DNA of 64,000 nt from Flavobacteriaceae bacterium (lineage in GTDB: Bacteria; Bacteroidota; Bacteroidia; Flavobacteriales; Flavobacteriaceae), in NCBI GenBank assembly GCA_029238515.1, contig JAQWFW010000019.1:12717-76716 (forward strand), written 5' to 3'. The notes below the pieces were generated by a model. It saw nothing but the letters and a program-made list of their open reading frames with translations, ran no database searches and was not told the origin of the DNA. This document shows positions 38,682 through 49,226 of the stretch, in pieces; position 1 is the first letter of the stretch, and each line of letters starts with the position of its first letter. A program made the translations under genes and the position numbers.

Positions 38682-39962
38682 TTACCAAACGTTAAGGCGA
38701 TTGGCGTCTAGTTTCAGAAAAATAAAAATTAAAATTGTAAAGGCCAATAACCCAGATCCTCCGTAACTAAAAAAGGGTAGTGGAATACCAATTGTTGGGA
38801 CGAGCCCCATAACCATTCCGATATTGATTAAAAAATGTACAAAAATAATAGAGGCAACGCCATAGCCATAGGCCCTGCTGAATTGTGATTTGTGGCGTTC
38901 GGCAAGGAACAAAATACGCCCAATCAGTACAACAAAAAGGATAACAACAGTACTACTGCCCAAAAAGCCCCATTCTTCGGCAACGGTACTAAAAATGTAA
39001 TCGGTGTGTTGTTCAGGGACAAACTTTCCTTTGGTTCGCGTTCCTTCTTTAAATCCTTTTCCAGTAAATCCACCTGAGCGTATGGCTTTTTCAGATTCAT
39101 TAAGGTTGTAAGAAATATTTCGCCTCATGATTCTTAATTTTTCTGGATCTTTTTCAAGTCGTAGCCAAAGTTCTATTCGATCTTGTTGGTGTTTTTGTAA
39201 CACGTTGTCAAAACTCCATTCGGTTCCAAAACTTAGACCTGAGCACAAGATAAGCACCAGTAAAGGGCCAGATATTTTCTTTTTTTTACGCTTGAGTAGT
39301 AGTTGATAAATTAGAAGACAAGCCGCAAGCACACTTGTTACAATTAGTGCCGAAAATTTAAGTGTTGCAACAGCAATAACCAAAACCGTAGTGCCAAAAA
39401 GAATGTACTTTTGAGGAATACCTTCTCTGTAAAATACAAAGATTAGTCCGGCAAAAACAAGGGTACTACCCGCATCATTTTGCAATAAAATCAAGATGGC
39501 TGGAACGGCTACAATCAGTACGGCTTGAAGTTGGTCTTTGCTATTTTTAATATTGGTTTGTAAGTCGCTCACATATTTGGCAACAGCGAGGGCTGTTGCA
39601 AATTTCGCAAATTCGCTAGGTTGCAAAGTAGCGCCACCAATTTCATACCAAGACAAGGCGCCATTTACTTTTTTTCCAAAAAGAAAAAGTCCAGCAAGTG
39701 CCGCTAAAGAAAGCAGATAAATTATACTTGCAAAGCGTTCATAAAATTTGGCGTCAATAGACAATATTAGCACAATAGAAATCAGTGAAAGACCAATAAA
39801 AACAGTTTGTTTTCCGTAGGGTGCAGAAAGGTCAAAATATGAGCTAAATGCTCCGTCTGTAGCTGCCGAAACAATATTAAAATAACCAAACATTACGAGT
39901 GCCAAGTATATCAGAACGACTAACCAGTCCAGTTGAAAGCTATTTGCACGATTAAGGTTCAT
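38682..39962 (-). CDS. rodA: Peptidoglycan glycosyltransferase RodA (SEDS family)
   Basis: 426 aa, ~10 TM segments. FtsW/RodA/SpoVE motifs (DAGS, PEQHTDYIFS, GIPLPFFSYGGS). Last gene of the mre-mrd operon. Confidence 0.9.
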   Translation of the reverse strand: MNLNRANSFQLDWLVVLIYLALVMFGYFNIVSAATDGAFSSYFDLSAPYGKQTVFIGLSLISIVLILSIDAKFYERFASIIYLLSLAALAGLFLFGKKVNGALSWYEIGGATLQPSEFAKFATALAVAKYVSDLQTNIKNSKDQLQAVLIVAVPAILILLQNDAGSTLVFAGLIFVFYREGIPQKYILFGTTVLVIAVATLKFSALIVTSVLAACLLIYQLLLKRKKKKISGPLLVLILCSGLSFGTEWSFDNVLQKHQQDRIELWLRLEKDPEKLRIMRRNISYNLNESEKAIRSGGFTGKGFKEGTRTKGKFVPEQHTDYIFSTVAEEWGFLGSSTVVILFVVLIGRILFLAERHKSQFSRAYGYGVASIIFVHFLINIGMVMGLVPTIGIPLPFFSYGGSGLLAFTILIFIFLKLDANRLNVW

Positions 39963-41824
39963 TATTGATTAATTTTAAAGGGTTTTCCACTGTAAGGTTT
40001 GAGGTATTCTTCTTCTAAACTTTTGTTCAAAACAAGTTGTTCCATATACTTTAAGCTGACTTCACCTTTCAGGTATTTTTCAATCATCAAACTTGCAATT
40101 CGTCCGGCCCAACGAGCACCATAATATCCATTTTCTACTAGTACAGCAATGGCAATTTTTGGATCGTCTTTTGGTGCAAATGCCACAAAAATAGAGTGGT
40201 CCGTGAGTTGTGTTTTGATGCCGTCAATTTTTGTAAAATTCTCGGCTGTACCTGTTTTACCACAAATCTGAATTCCTGGGACTTTTAAAAACCCTGCGGT
40301 CCCATTCGTATAGACTCCGTGCATACCTTCAATAATGGGATCAAAATGTGCAGGATCAATCGTGGTTTCTTTTTTGATGGTAAATTTTTCATCTATAGAT
40401 TCGTTTTCAATAGCTTTGATGATGTGAGGCGTGTAATAAAATCCCCTATTGGCGATGGCTGCGGTCATATTGGCCAATTGAATTGGCGTGACTAAAATTT
40501 CACCTTGCCCTATCGCGTTTGATAGAATGGTGGTGGCGCCCCATCTAAAATCGGGATACCAAGCATCATAATAGGCGCCATCGGGGATATTCCCTTTTTT
40601 TCCAACAGACAAATCATTTCCTAAGAAGTTGCCGAGTCCAAAACTTTTTATGTGATTGCTCCAAATATTCATTCCGATAGTTGCATTCTCGTGCTTGTCA
40701 ATAGTTTTTCTAAAAGCTGTTGCAAAATAGGAATTACATGATTTGCTTATAGCAGAATATAAATTCCTGTACCCCCTACCACAATGGCATCCCATAGTTC
40801 GTTTATTTTTTCCGTAAACATAGCTTTCGGTACAATAAATGGTTTCTTTTGTTGAAATCGCATTTTCTTGTAATGCGGCAAGGGCAACAAGGGTTTTGAA
40901 AGGCGACCCCGCTGCATGCATTCGGATGAGTGCCTTGTCAAAAAGTGGTCTATAAATAGAATCTGTGTAGAGTTTAGTGTAATTTTTTGAACGTTCTCTT
41001 CCGACCAACAATGCTGGGTTGTACGATGGTGCAGAAACGATACTCAACAATTCTCCTGAGCTAGGGTCAATGGCAACAATACCCCCCATTTTGTTTTGCA
41101 TCAATTTTTCGCCATATTCTTGCAGTGTTGCGTCTATGGTAAGTGTAATGTTTTTTCCAGGAATGGGAAGTGTATCAAATTGGCCATTCTTGTACGATCC
41201 TATATCTCTGTTATAGATGTCTTTTTGAATGTATTTCACCCCTTTTTCGCCCCTTAAAACATTCTCGTATGATTTTTCAACGCCTTGCTTTCCAATCAAA
41301 TCACCTAATTTATAATAACCATCTTCTGAAAGGTTATCAGGATTTACCTCTGCTATATAGCCCAAAACATTAGCTCCAATTTCTGTTTGGTAGTCGCGTA
41401 CAGCTCTTTTTTGGACATAAAATCCTTTAAATTTTCTTAGTTTTTCAGACAAAAAAGCATAATCTTCTTTGGAAAGATGTGATAAAAAAACGGAGGGTAA
41501 GCGAGGAGAATATCGCTTTGCACGATTGTATGACTTTAAAAATTGAGTTTTATCAATATTAAGTAGTGAACAAAACAATAAAGTATCTAGGGCTTCAACT
41601 TCTCTGGGGATCACTACCACATCATAAGTTGGTTGATTGGCAACCAGTAATTTTCCATTGCGATCGTATATGTATCCACGTTTTGGGTATTGGTATATTT
41701 TGCGGATGGCATTATCATCCTCTAGGTTGTTGGGTTGACCTTGGTACAATTGTAAGTAAAATAATCTTCCAACGAATGTGATGCCGGTAAGAATAACAAG
41801 TCCTAAGAGTAATACCTTTCTCAT
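39962..41824 (-). CDS. mrdA: Penicillin-binding protein 2 (elongasome transpeptidase)
   Basis: 620 aa. N-terminal TM anchor and PBP dimerisation domain. Transpeptidase motifs S-x-x-K (AGSPFK), SxN (SNA) and KTG (GKTGTA). Confidence 0.9.
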   Translation of the reverse strand: MRKVLLLGLVILTGITFVGRLFYLQLYQGQPNNLEDDNAIRKIYQYPKRGYIYDRNGKLLVANQPTYDVVVIPREVEALDTLLFCSLLNIDKTQFLKSYNRAKRYSPRLPSVFLSHLSKEDYAFLSEKLRKFKGFYVQKRAVRDYQTEIGANVLGYIAEVNPDNLSEDGYYKLGDLIGKQGVEKSYENVLRGEKGVKYIQKDIYNRDIGSYKNGQFDTLPIPGKNITLTIDATLQEYGEKLMQNKMGGIVAIDPSSGELLSIVSAPSYNPALLVGRERSKNYTKLYTDSIYRPLFDKALIRMHAAGSPFKTLVALAALQENAISTKETIYCTESYVYGKNKRTMGCHCGRGYRNLYSAISKSCNSYFATAFRKTIDKHENATIGMNIWSNHIKSFGLGNFLGNDLSVGKKGNIPDGAYYDAWYPDFRWGATTILSNAIGQGEILVTPIQLANMTAAIANRGFYYTPHIIKAIENESIDEKFTIKKETTIDPAHFDPIIEGMHGVYTNGTAGFLKVPGIQICGKTGTAENFTKIDGIKTQLTDHSIFVAFAPKDDPKIAIAVLVENGYYGARWAGRIASLMIEKYLKGEVSLKYMEQLVLNKSLEEEYLKPYSGKPFKINQ

Positions 41825-42327
41825 TTTTCTTTTCGACTAAAAAGTGTGTGCAATGTCAATGTGAGAAAAAGTGTAAAAAGCGCCGAGCTTAAAGCTCTAG
41901 AGACCACCAATCCTGCTTTTGAATTGTCAAAAACAATCAGGATGAATAAAATAAAATGATGAATAAGTATCATCATAGCAAAATAAACAATGCGCGGGAG
42001 CAAATCAGAGTCGTTAAATTTGATGGCTTGATATTCATAAGCAGCACCAAAAGAGGATTTTAAAAATACAGGTCTTATATATGCAATGGTGACGCAAGCA
42101 GCTGCATGTGCTCCGCCAGAATCTAGGAATAAATCAATAATAAGCCCAAGACAAAAACTGATAAAAATAAAACTTAATCGGTTGTTTTTTACAGGGTACA
42201 GTAAAATAAATAAAATATAAATGTAGGGATTGAGACTTCCCAAAAAATTCATTTGATTGCAAATGAGTACCTGTAGGAGAACCAATACAACAAACCGTAC
42301 TATGTTTGAAAATAACATGCTATTCAT
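41821..42327 (-). CDS. mreD: Rod shape-determining protein MreD
   Basis: 168 aa polytopic membrane protein between mreC and mrdA, with overlapping stop/start codons. Confidence 0.75.
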   Translation of the reverse strand: MNSMLFSNIVRFVVLVLLQVLICNQMNFLGSLNPYIYILFILLYPVKNNRLSFIFISFCLGLIIDLFLDSGGAHAAACVTIAYIRPVFLKSSFGAAYEYQAIKFNDSDLLPRIVYFAMMILIHHFILFILIVFDNSKAGLVVSRALSSALFTLFLTLTLHTLFSRKEK

Positions 42328-43126
42328 TGATTGGGTTTAATGTTTGTAATGAGTCTAAATCTGTATTTTCAATCACATGAACATGGCGCAAATTGGTCAT
42401 GTCATTAAACAGCCGAACATTGATAATGTAGAGGTCTTTTGTGTCGTTGAGTCGATAAGATTCTACCGCACCAATTGGAATGTTTTCAGGAAAAGTATAA
42501 GAAAAACCACTGGTCACAATAGTGTCGCCAATATTTATTGTAGCTAAATCTTGGATGTCATTTAGTTGTACAATGTTGTGGTGTACTCCGTCCCAACCCA
42601 AGGTTCCAAAATGATTGCTTTGTTTCAGTTTTGCATTAATTTTGCTTTTGGTGTTTAGAATGGAAAGTACTCGCGCATATTTTGCGGATGTTTTATCAAT
42701 AACACCAACAATACCTTTGGCAGTAATTACACCAAAATCTTCCTTAATACTGTCACGTTCACCTTTGTCGATCGTGATGTAATTGTCCAAATACCGGTAG
42801 CTATTTTTGTTGACCAAAGCATGAGTTAACTGGAATTTTTCTTCAATATTTACGTTTTCTGACTGTTTGGCTAGCGTATTAAATACAGCAGATTTCAGGT
42901 AGTTGTTTTCTTCCAAAAGTAGCGCGTTTTCTTCTTTCAAATAAAAATAATTTCCAACTTTGGCAAAGGCGCCGTGGATACTCCCCGAGATTTGATTTGC
43001 AGAGTTGATAAATTTTACTCTATGGTAGTCATGCGCTTGAGTGGTTAGAGCAAATGCTATAAAAAACAAGATTAAAAACAAGATACTTGTCCTGTTTTTA
43101 AAAAAGAAGTTTAGGAGTTGCTGCAT
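42320..43126 (-). CDS. mreC: Rod shape-determining protein MreC
   Basis: 268 aa. N-terminal TM helix, coiled-coil segment and beta-barrel domains (GDTIVTSG). Positioned after mreB. Confidence 0.85.
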   Translation of the reverse strand: MQQLLNFFFKNRTSILFLILFFIAFALTTQAHDYHRVKFINSANQISGSIHGAFAKVGNYFYLKEENALLLEENNYLKSAVFNTLAKQSENVNIEEKFQLTHALVNKNSYRYLDNYITIDKGERDSIKEDFGVITAKGIVGVIDKTSAKYARVLSILNTKSKINAKLKQSNHFGTLGWDGVHHNIVQLNDIQDLATINIGDTIVTSGFSYTFPENIPIGAVESYRLNDTKDLYIINVRLFNDMTNLRHVHVIENTDLDSLQTLNPINE

Positions 43127-43136
43127 GACTCAATGG

Positions 43137-44165
43137 CTATTTGATCAAGACACTCTTATATTTTGCGATATTTTTTAGAACAATACCTGTTCCACGAACA
43201 ACAGCTCTAAGCGGGTCTTCGGCAATGTAGACGGGGAGATCTGTTTTTTGCGACAAGCGTTTGTCAAGTCCTCTTAGCATCGATCCACCACCAGCGAGAT
43301 AAATCCCTGTATTGTAGATATCTGCTGCAAGTTCAGGTGGCGTTTGAGACAACGTTTCCATGACGGAATCTTCAATCCGAAGAATTGATTTGTCTAATGC
43401 TTTTGCAATTTCACGGTGCGAAATTTGAACTTGTTTTGGCTTTCCTGTAAGTAAATCTCGTCCTTGAACATTCATTTCATCGGGTGGAAGTTCGAGGTCT
43501 TCTGTAGCCGCACCAATTTGTATTTTAATTTTTTCAGCAGTGCGGTCACCAACATAAAGATTGTGTTGTGTACGCATGTAATATATGATGTCATTGGTAA
43601 ACACATCACCGGCAACTTTCACAGATTTGTCGCATACAATTCCACCAAGTGCAATTACTGCAATTTCTGTTGTTCCACCTCCAATGTCTACAATCATATT
43701 TCCCTTAGGTTGCATGATGTCTACACCAATTCCGATGGCTGCTGCCATGGGCTCATGAATGAGGTATACTTCTTTGCCATTGACGCGTTCAGCAGATTCT
43801 TTTACTGCACGCATTTCCACTTCAGTGATTCCTGATGGAATACAAATGACCATACGCAATGATGGCGCAAATAATTTCTTTTTAAGCGCTGGAATATTTT
43901 TGATAAACATGCTAATCATCTGCTCAGAAGCATCAAAATCGGCAATAACTCCATCTTTAAGAGGGCGAATTGTTTTGATGTTTTCATGTGTTTTACCTTG
44001 CATCAAATTGGCCTCTTTCCCAACGGCAATGATTTTACCAGAAACCCGATCTCTGGCAACTATAGAAGGGCTGTCTATAACAACTTTGTCGTTGTGGATG
44101 ATGAGTGTATTGGCTGTACCCAAATCGATGGCAATTTCTTCGGTTAAGAAGTCAAAAAATCCCAT
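43137..44165 (-). CDS. mreB: Rod shape-determining protein MreB
   Basis: 342 aa actin-like ATPase (IAIDLGTANT, DIGGGTTE, YLAGGGSMLRGLD). Confidence 0.95.
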   Translation of the reverse strand: MGFFDFLTEEIAIDLGTANTLIIHNDKVVIDSPSIVARDRVSGKIIAVGKEANLMQGKTHENIKTIRPLKDGVIADFDASEQMISMFIKNIPALKKKLFAPSLRMVICIPSGITEVEMRAVKESAERVNGKEVYLIHEPMAAAIGIGVDIMQPKGNMIVDIGGGTTEIAVIALGGIVCDKSVKVAGDVFTNDIIYYMRTQHNLYVGDRTAEKIKIQIGAATEDLELPPDEMNVQGRDLLTGKPKQVQISHREIAKALDKSILRIEDSVMETLSQTPPELAADIYNTGIYLAGGGSMLRGLDKRLSQKTDLPVYIAEDPLRAVVRGTGIVLKNIAKYKSVLIK

Positions 44166-44259
44166 AGGAAGTAAAAATTATGTTGGTGTTCTAAAAAAAT
44201 GTGCTTAGCTGTAAATGTACTAAAAATAAATTTTAGTCCATCTTCTAAAAAACATTTTT

Positions 44260-45792
44260 TTAATGCTTAAAGTGACGTGTTTTTGTAAACACCATTGCCA
44301 CTTCGTTTTCATTGCAATAATCGATGCTAAGTTGGTCTTTTATTGATCCTCCTGGCTGAATCACCGCTTTGATCCCTGCTTTGTTGGCAATTTCTACACA
44401 GTCAGGAAAAGGGAAAAAGGCATCACTAGCCATTACCGCACCCTTGAGATCAAAATCAAAAGATTGTGCTTTGTGAATGGCTTGGTTCAATGCATCTACA
44501 CGGCTTGTTTGTCCTGTACCACTTGCACACAATTGTTTGTTTTTGGCCAAAACAATCGTATTCGATTTGGTGTGTTTACAAAGTTTTGAAGCAAACAATA
44601 GGTCATCGACCTCACTTTGCTTTGGACTCAATGTTGTGGCGGTTTCTAGCATGTCTACAGAATCTGTAATACCATCTTTGTCTTGTACCAAATATCCATT
44701 AAGGCATGTGCGCACAGATTTTTTGGGTAATTCAGTTAATTTCTGAATGAGTAAAATCCTATTCTTTTTGCCTTTTAAAAGAGCTAAAGCATCGGCACTA
44801 AAACTTGGTGCAATGACGACTTCACAAAACAGTTTGTGGATTTCTTCTGCTGTGGCCAAATCTAGTTCAGTATTACAAATTAGAACACCTCCAAAAGCTG
44901 AGACAGGATCTCCTGCCAATGCATCTACATAGGCCTGGTGAAGTGTGTCACGTTGTGCCAAACCGCAAGCGTTGTTGTGCTTTAGGATAGCGAATGTTGG
45001 TGCTTCATTTAAAAACTCATTCATTAAATTTACAGCAGCGTCTACATCGAGTAAGTTGTTGTAACTGAGTTCTTTTCCGTGTAATTTATCAAACATTGCA
45101 TCAAAATCGCCAAAGAAAAACCCTTGTTGGTGAGGGTTTTCGCCGTAGCGTAAAGTTTTGCCATTTTGTTCGCTTAATTTCAAAACCACTTCATCATTAT
45201 TTTGATTGAAATAATTAAAAATTGCACTATCGTAGTGCGATGAAACATTGAAAGATTTTGCAGCAAAGCGTTGGCGGTCTTCGTAGGATACTATTCCATT
45301 ATCTTTTGAAATCAGTTCTAAGAGTTCCGCATAATCATCAACTGAGGATACACACAAAACGTCTTTAAAGTTTTTGGCTGCTGCACGAATAAGTGAAATT
45401 CCGCCTATGTCAATTTTTTCAATGATGTCTTGATGGCTTGCGCCAGAAGCTACCGTTTTTTCGAAGGGGTACAAGTCTACAATCACTAAGTCAATTTGTG
45501 GGATATTGAAGCTTTTCATTTCTTCTATATCAGACGAATTGTCTTGACGGTTGAGGATGCCGCCAAATATTTTTGGATGTAAAGTTTTTACACGGCCACC
45601 CAATATGGAAGGGTAATCTGTGACGTTTTCTACGGGTACAATATCAATCCCAAGATCATTTATGAATTTTTGTGTGCCACCAGTTGAATATATGGTGACT
45701 CCTTGTTCGTTTAATTTTTTGACAATGGGGGCAAGTCCATCTTTACTGAAAACCGAAATTAATGCCGAAGAAATTGCTTTGTTTTGACTCAT
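44260..45792 (-). CDS. purH: Bifunctional AICAR formyltransferase / IMP cyclohydrolase
   Basis: 510 aa. MGS-like N-domain (ALISVFSKDGL, STGGT) and AICARFT domain (HFKH C-terminus). Confidence 0.95.
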   Translation of the reverse strand: MSQNKAISSALISVFSKDGLAPIVKKLNEQGVTIYSTGGTQKFINDLGIDIVPVENVTDYPSILGGRVKTLHPKIFGGILNRQDNSSDIEEMKSFNIPQIDLVIVDLYPFEKTVASGASHQDIIEKIDIGGISLIRAAAKNFKDVLCVSSVDDYAELLELISKDNGIVSYEDRQRFAAKSFNVSSHYDSAIFNYFNQNNDEVVLKLSEQNGKTLRYGENPHQQGFFFGDFDAMFDKLHGKELSYNNLLDVDAAVNLMNEFLNEAPTFAILKHNNACGLAQRDTLHQAYVDALAGDPVSAFGGVLICNTELDLATAEEIHKLFCEVVIAPSFSADALALLKGKKNRILLIQKLTELPKKSVRTCLNGYLVQDKDGITDSVDMLETATTLSPKQSEVDDLLFASKLCKHTKSNTIVLAKNKQLCASGTGQTSRVDALNQAIHKAQSFDFDLKGAVMASDAFFPFPDCVEIANKAGIKAVIQPGGSIKDQLSIDYCNENEVAMVFTKTRHFKH

Positions 45793-45901
45793 TTTTAGTG
45801 AAAATTATAAGCTTCAAAAATAGGAAAATAAACCCCAAATTTAATCTTGATTATACTTAAAAAACAGATAATTTTTAAACAAAATCAAGAGTTATTAACA
45901 T

Positions 45902-46354
45902 CTACAGCAGTGTAGCCACTTTTGTACAGATAAATTCTAGAAAATCTTCGTCCTTTTTGCTGAAAGGGTCTAAAGTGTTCGAGTCAATATCGATTTGCCC
46001 AACATTTTCACCATTGACAAATATGGGGATTACAATTTCAGATTTTACAGTAATGCTACAGGCAATATAGTTGTCTTGTGCTTGGACGTCCGGGACCACA
46101 AAATTTTTGTTACTCACGGCTACTTGGCCACAAATTCCTTTTCCAAATGGGATGATGGTATGATCGGTGGGTGTACCAGCATAGGGCCCTAGTTTGAGTT
46201 CGTTTTTATTACCATTTTTGAAATAAAAGCCCACCCAATCGTAGTAAGAAACTTCCGATTTTAGCAACGTACAAATGTGTAGCAGAGTGTCTTCTACTTT
46301 GCTCGAGTTTTCAACAAGATCTGTTATTTTGGTTTTTAAATTTTTAAAAGCCAT
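45902..46354 (-). CDS. GAF-domain protein, free methionine-(R)-sulfoxide reductase (fRMsr/YebR)-like
   Basis: 150 aa. YDWVGFY, GKGICGQVA and NYIACS match the motifs I associate with the YebR/fRMsr GAF family. Confidence 0.7.
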   Translation of the reverse strand: MAFKNLKTKITDLVENSSKVEDTLLHICTLLKSEVSYYDWVGFYFKNGNKNELKLGPYAGTPTDHTIIPFGKGICGQVAVSNKNFVVPDVQAQDNYIACSITVKSEIVIPIFVNGENVGQIDIDSNTLDPFSKKDEDFLEFICTKVATLL

Positions 46355-46465
46355 GCATCAATTTTTGGTAAATGTAAAAAATCATAAGATTAAACTATAG
46401 TTAAAGTTCTTATAATAAAACAGCATCATAATCTTCATTTATCTAAATATTTATAACTTTGCGGT

Positions 46466-46873
46466 ATGAAACCATCTGTTTTTTCAAGAATAGTGTCTAC
46501 GGTTATGGCCTTTGCTGTGGTATTGGTCTCGTTTTCTTTTAAAATAGAAAAGCATTACTGCGGTTCAAACTTGGTAGAAGTTTCAGTAATTTCAACACCA
46601 GAATCCTGCTGTGTTTTTGCTTCTGATGATGCTGCGCAATTGAATAAAAAATCGTGTTGTTCCAATCTCAGTCTCGTTGTTGAAGGATTTAACAATTACC
46701 AGTCTGCCCTTTCATCCGCATTTCCCTCTTTAGCGACATTTGTGGTTGTTTCAACTTTAGAAATACCTGTTGAGTTCATTTTTGAAACCACAACAAAACA
46801 TTATTATTCGAGCTACAATCCCCCGCCATTGATAGCGGATATCCAAGTACGGGATCAAGTTTTTCTCATTTGA
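46466..46873 (+). CDS. Cys-rich single-pass membrane protein (HYC_CC_PP-like)
   Basis: 135 aa. N-terminal TM helix (VSTVMAFAVVLVSFSF), then EKHYCG, ESCCVF, KSCCSN and C-terminal YNPPPLI. Confidence 0.7.
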   Translation: MKPSVFSRIVSTVMAFAVVLVSFSFKIEKHYCGSNLVEVSVISTPESCCVFASDDAAQLNKKSCCSNLSLVVEGFNNYQSALSSAFPSLATFVVVSTLEIPVEFIFETTTKHYYSSYNPPPLIADIQVRDQVFLI

Positions 46874-46973
46874 TTTTAGAGTAATTTTTATATGTTCAAT
46901 GCAAGTTGGATGTTTGATGTATGCATTGTTGTGCAAACACTAATTCTTTAAAAATAATTCTAAATTTATAATA

Positions 46974-49214
46974 ATGAAAAACCTATTCATCATATTTTAT
47001 TTCACACCCACTTTGTTTTTTGCTCAAGATAAAATCAAAGGTATGGTTATGGAGCCCTCAGCACAGGGTAAACATCTTCCACTGGCTGGCGCCAATGTGA
47101 TTTGGGAAGGAACTTCGGTGGGCACCATCACAGATATAGACGGCAATTTTACACTGCCCTATGAAAGTACATACAAAACACTAGTGATAAGTTACGTCGG
47201 GTATAAGTCAAAAACTATTGACGTAACAAATCCAAACACCGTTATTCACATTTTGTTGGAAGCTACTGATGACTTGGAAGAAATTACTGTCACCACACGA
47301 AAAAAGGCCTCTGCAACATCTTATATCGCAGCACAAAACATCACTACTATTAGTAGCAAAGAATTACTCAAAGCTGCTTGTTGTAACCTCTCTGAAAGTT
47401 TTGAAACCAATCCATCTATAGATGTGAATTTTTCGGACGCTATTTCTGGAACAAAACAAATCAAAATGTTGGGGCTCACCAGTCCCTATATATTGATTAC
47501 TACGGAAAATGTGCCTTCTGTACGAGGAGCATCACAGGCCTATGGATTGAGTTTTATTCCAGGAACATGGGTCGAAAGCATACAAGTCACCAAAGGTGCA
47601 GGAAGTGTGATTAATGGCTTTGAAAGTATTGCTGGACAGATCAATGCAGAGTTGGTAAAACCATTGACCGATAAAAAACTATTTGTAAATGCTTATGGTT
47701 CAATCAATGGTCGTCTCGAACTCAACACACATTTCAATACTAAATTGAACGAAAAATGGAGTTCAGGACTGTATATACATGCCGATAGACGAGGTGAAAA
47801 ATTTGACAACAATAACGATTCTTTTTTGGATCTCCCTGTTGGCAATCAAATAAACATCATGAATAGGTGGCAATATATCAATCAAGAAAAAGGGTTAATC
47901 GGGTTTTTTAATGCTCGTTTTTTGGATGATCAAAAACAGTCTGGACAGATTGTATATGATCCCTCGGTTCATAAATTTGGGGGTAGTGTCTGGGGTAGTG
48001 AAGTTGATACCAAACGTCATGAGTTTTCAGCAAAATTGGGTTATGTCAATCCAGAAATTCCATATCAGAGTTTGGGTTTTCAATTGGCTTACAGCAATCA
48101 TGAGCAAGACTCCTATTTTGGGAGTAGAACTTATGATATTGGCCATAGAAGTTTCTATACCAATTTGGTATATAATTCTATCATTAGCGATTCACGACAT
48201 AAAATAAAAACTGGGATTGGTTTTTCGCACGACTCCTACAGCGAGTTTGTAAACACAACGAATTATTCTAGAAAAGAAAACTCTGTAGGCGGTTTTTTTG
48301 AATATTCATTTGATAATCTGGAAGACATCAACCTGACGGCTGGGGTGAGGATCGATCATCACAATTTGTTGGGCACTTTCATCACGCCTCGATTTCATGG
48401 GCGTTATACGCCTTGGGAAAAGTCCGCTTTGCGCTTTTCTTTTGGTCGAGGGAAGCGGTCGGCCAATATTTTCACAGAAAATCAAAAGCTCTTTGTGTCT
48501 TCACGTAGCATCAATATTCAAAGCGAAAATGGATTTATTTATGGTTTAAATCCAGAAATTGCGTGGAATTATGGTGTTTCTTTTTTGCAAGGATTTCAAT
48601 TGTTTGGACGTAAAGCAGATATCGCTGTCGATTATTACAAAACTGATTTTCAAAATCAAGTAGTAGTGGATTATGAAAAACCGACAGAAATTAATTTTTA
48701 TAACCTTGATGGTAATAGCTATGCACGTAGTTTACAAGTAGAGTTCAATTACTCGCCCATAGAGCGATTGGATTTTAAATCGGCTTACAAATATTATGAC
48801 GTAAAAACGCAATACAATAGTGGTGAATTAGAAAAACCACTTACACCAAAATACCGTATTTTTGCAAATATTTCTTACGAATCAAAAGTGACAAATAAAG
48901 GTGGATTATGGAAATTTGACACGACCTTTAATTGGTTGAGTAAGCAGCGTTTTTCATCAACAATGCAAAGCCCAGAAGCATTTCGTTTACCTAACTATTC
49001 ACCCTCGCTTTCTACCCTCAATATGCAAGTAACTAAAGTGTTCTCTGATCAATTTGAGGTGTATTTGGGTGGCGAAAACCTAACGAATGTACAACAAAGC
49101 AATCCTATTTTGAGTGCCAATGACCCGTTTGGATCAAATTTTGATAGTACCTTTGTGTATGGCCCTATATTTGGGAGTATGTATTATGCGGGATTACGAT
49201 TTAAATTGAATTAA
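46974..49214 (+). CDS. TonB-dependent receptor with CarboxypepD_reg-like N-domain
   Basis: 746 aa. Signal peptide, Ig-like N-domain (GANVIWEGTSVGTITDIDGNFTL), plug region containing AACCNLSESFETNPSIDV, 22-strand-size barrel, and a C-terminal aromatic end (YAGLRFKLN). Confidence 0.85.
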   Translation: MKNLFIIFYFTPTLFFAQDKIKGMVMEPSAQGKHLPLAGANVIWEGTSVGTITDIDGNFTLPYESTYKTLVISYVGYKSKTIDVTNPNTVIHILLEATDDLEEITVTTRKKASATSYIAAQNITTISSKELLKAACCNLSESFETNPSIDVNFSDAISGTKQIKMLGLTSPYILITTENVPSVRGASQAYGLSFIPGTWVESIQVTKGAGSVINGFESIAGQINAELVKPLTDKKLFVNAYGSINGRLELNTHFNTKLNEKWSSGLYIHADRRGEKFDNNNDSFLDLPVGNQINIMNRWQYINQEKGLIGFFNARFLDDQKQSGQIVYDPSVHKFGGSVWGSEVDTKRHEFSAKLGYVNPEIPYQSLGFQLAYSNHEQDSYFGSRTYDIGHRSFYTNLVYNSIISDSRHKIKTGIGFSHDSYSEFVNTTNYSRKENSVGGFFEYSFDNLEDINLTAGVRIDHHNLLGTFITPRFHGRYTPWEKSALRFSFGRGKRSANIFTENQKLFVSSRSINIQSENGFIYGLNPEIAWNYGVSFLQGFQLFGRKADIAVDYYKTDFQNQVVVDYEKPTEINFYNLDGNSYARSLQVEFNYSPIERLDFKSAYKYYDVKTQYNSGELEKPLTPKYRIFANISYESKVTNKGGLWKFDTTFNWLSKQRFSSTMQSPEAFRLPNYSPSLSTLNMQVTKVFSDQFEVYLGGENLTNVQQSNPILSANDPFGSNFDSTFVYGPIFGSMYYAGLRFKLN

Positions 49215-49226
49215 AAAACCATAACA

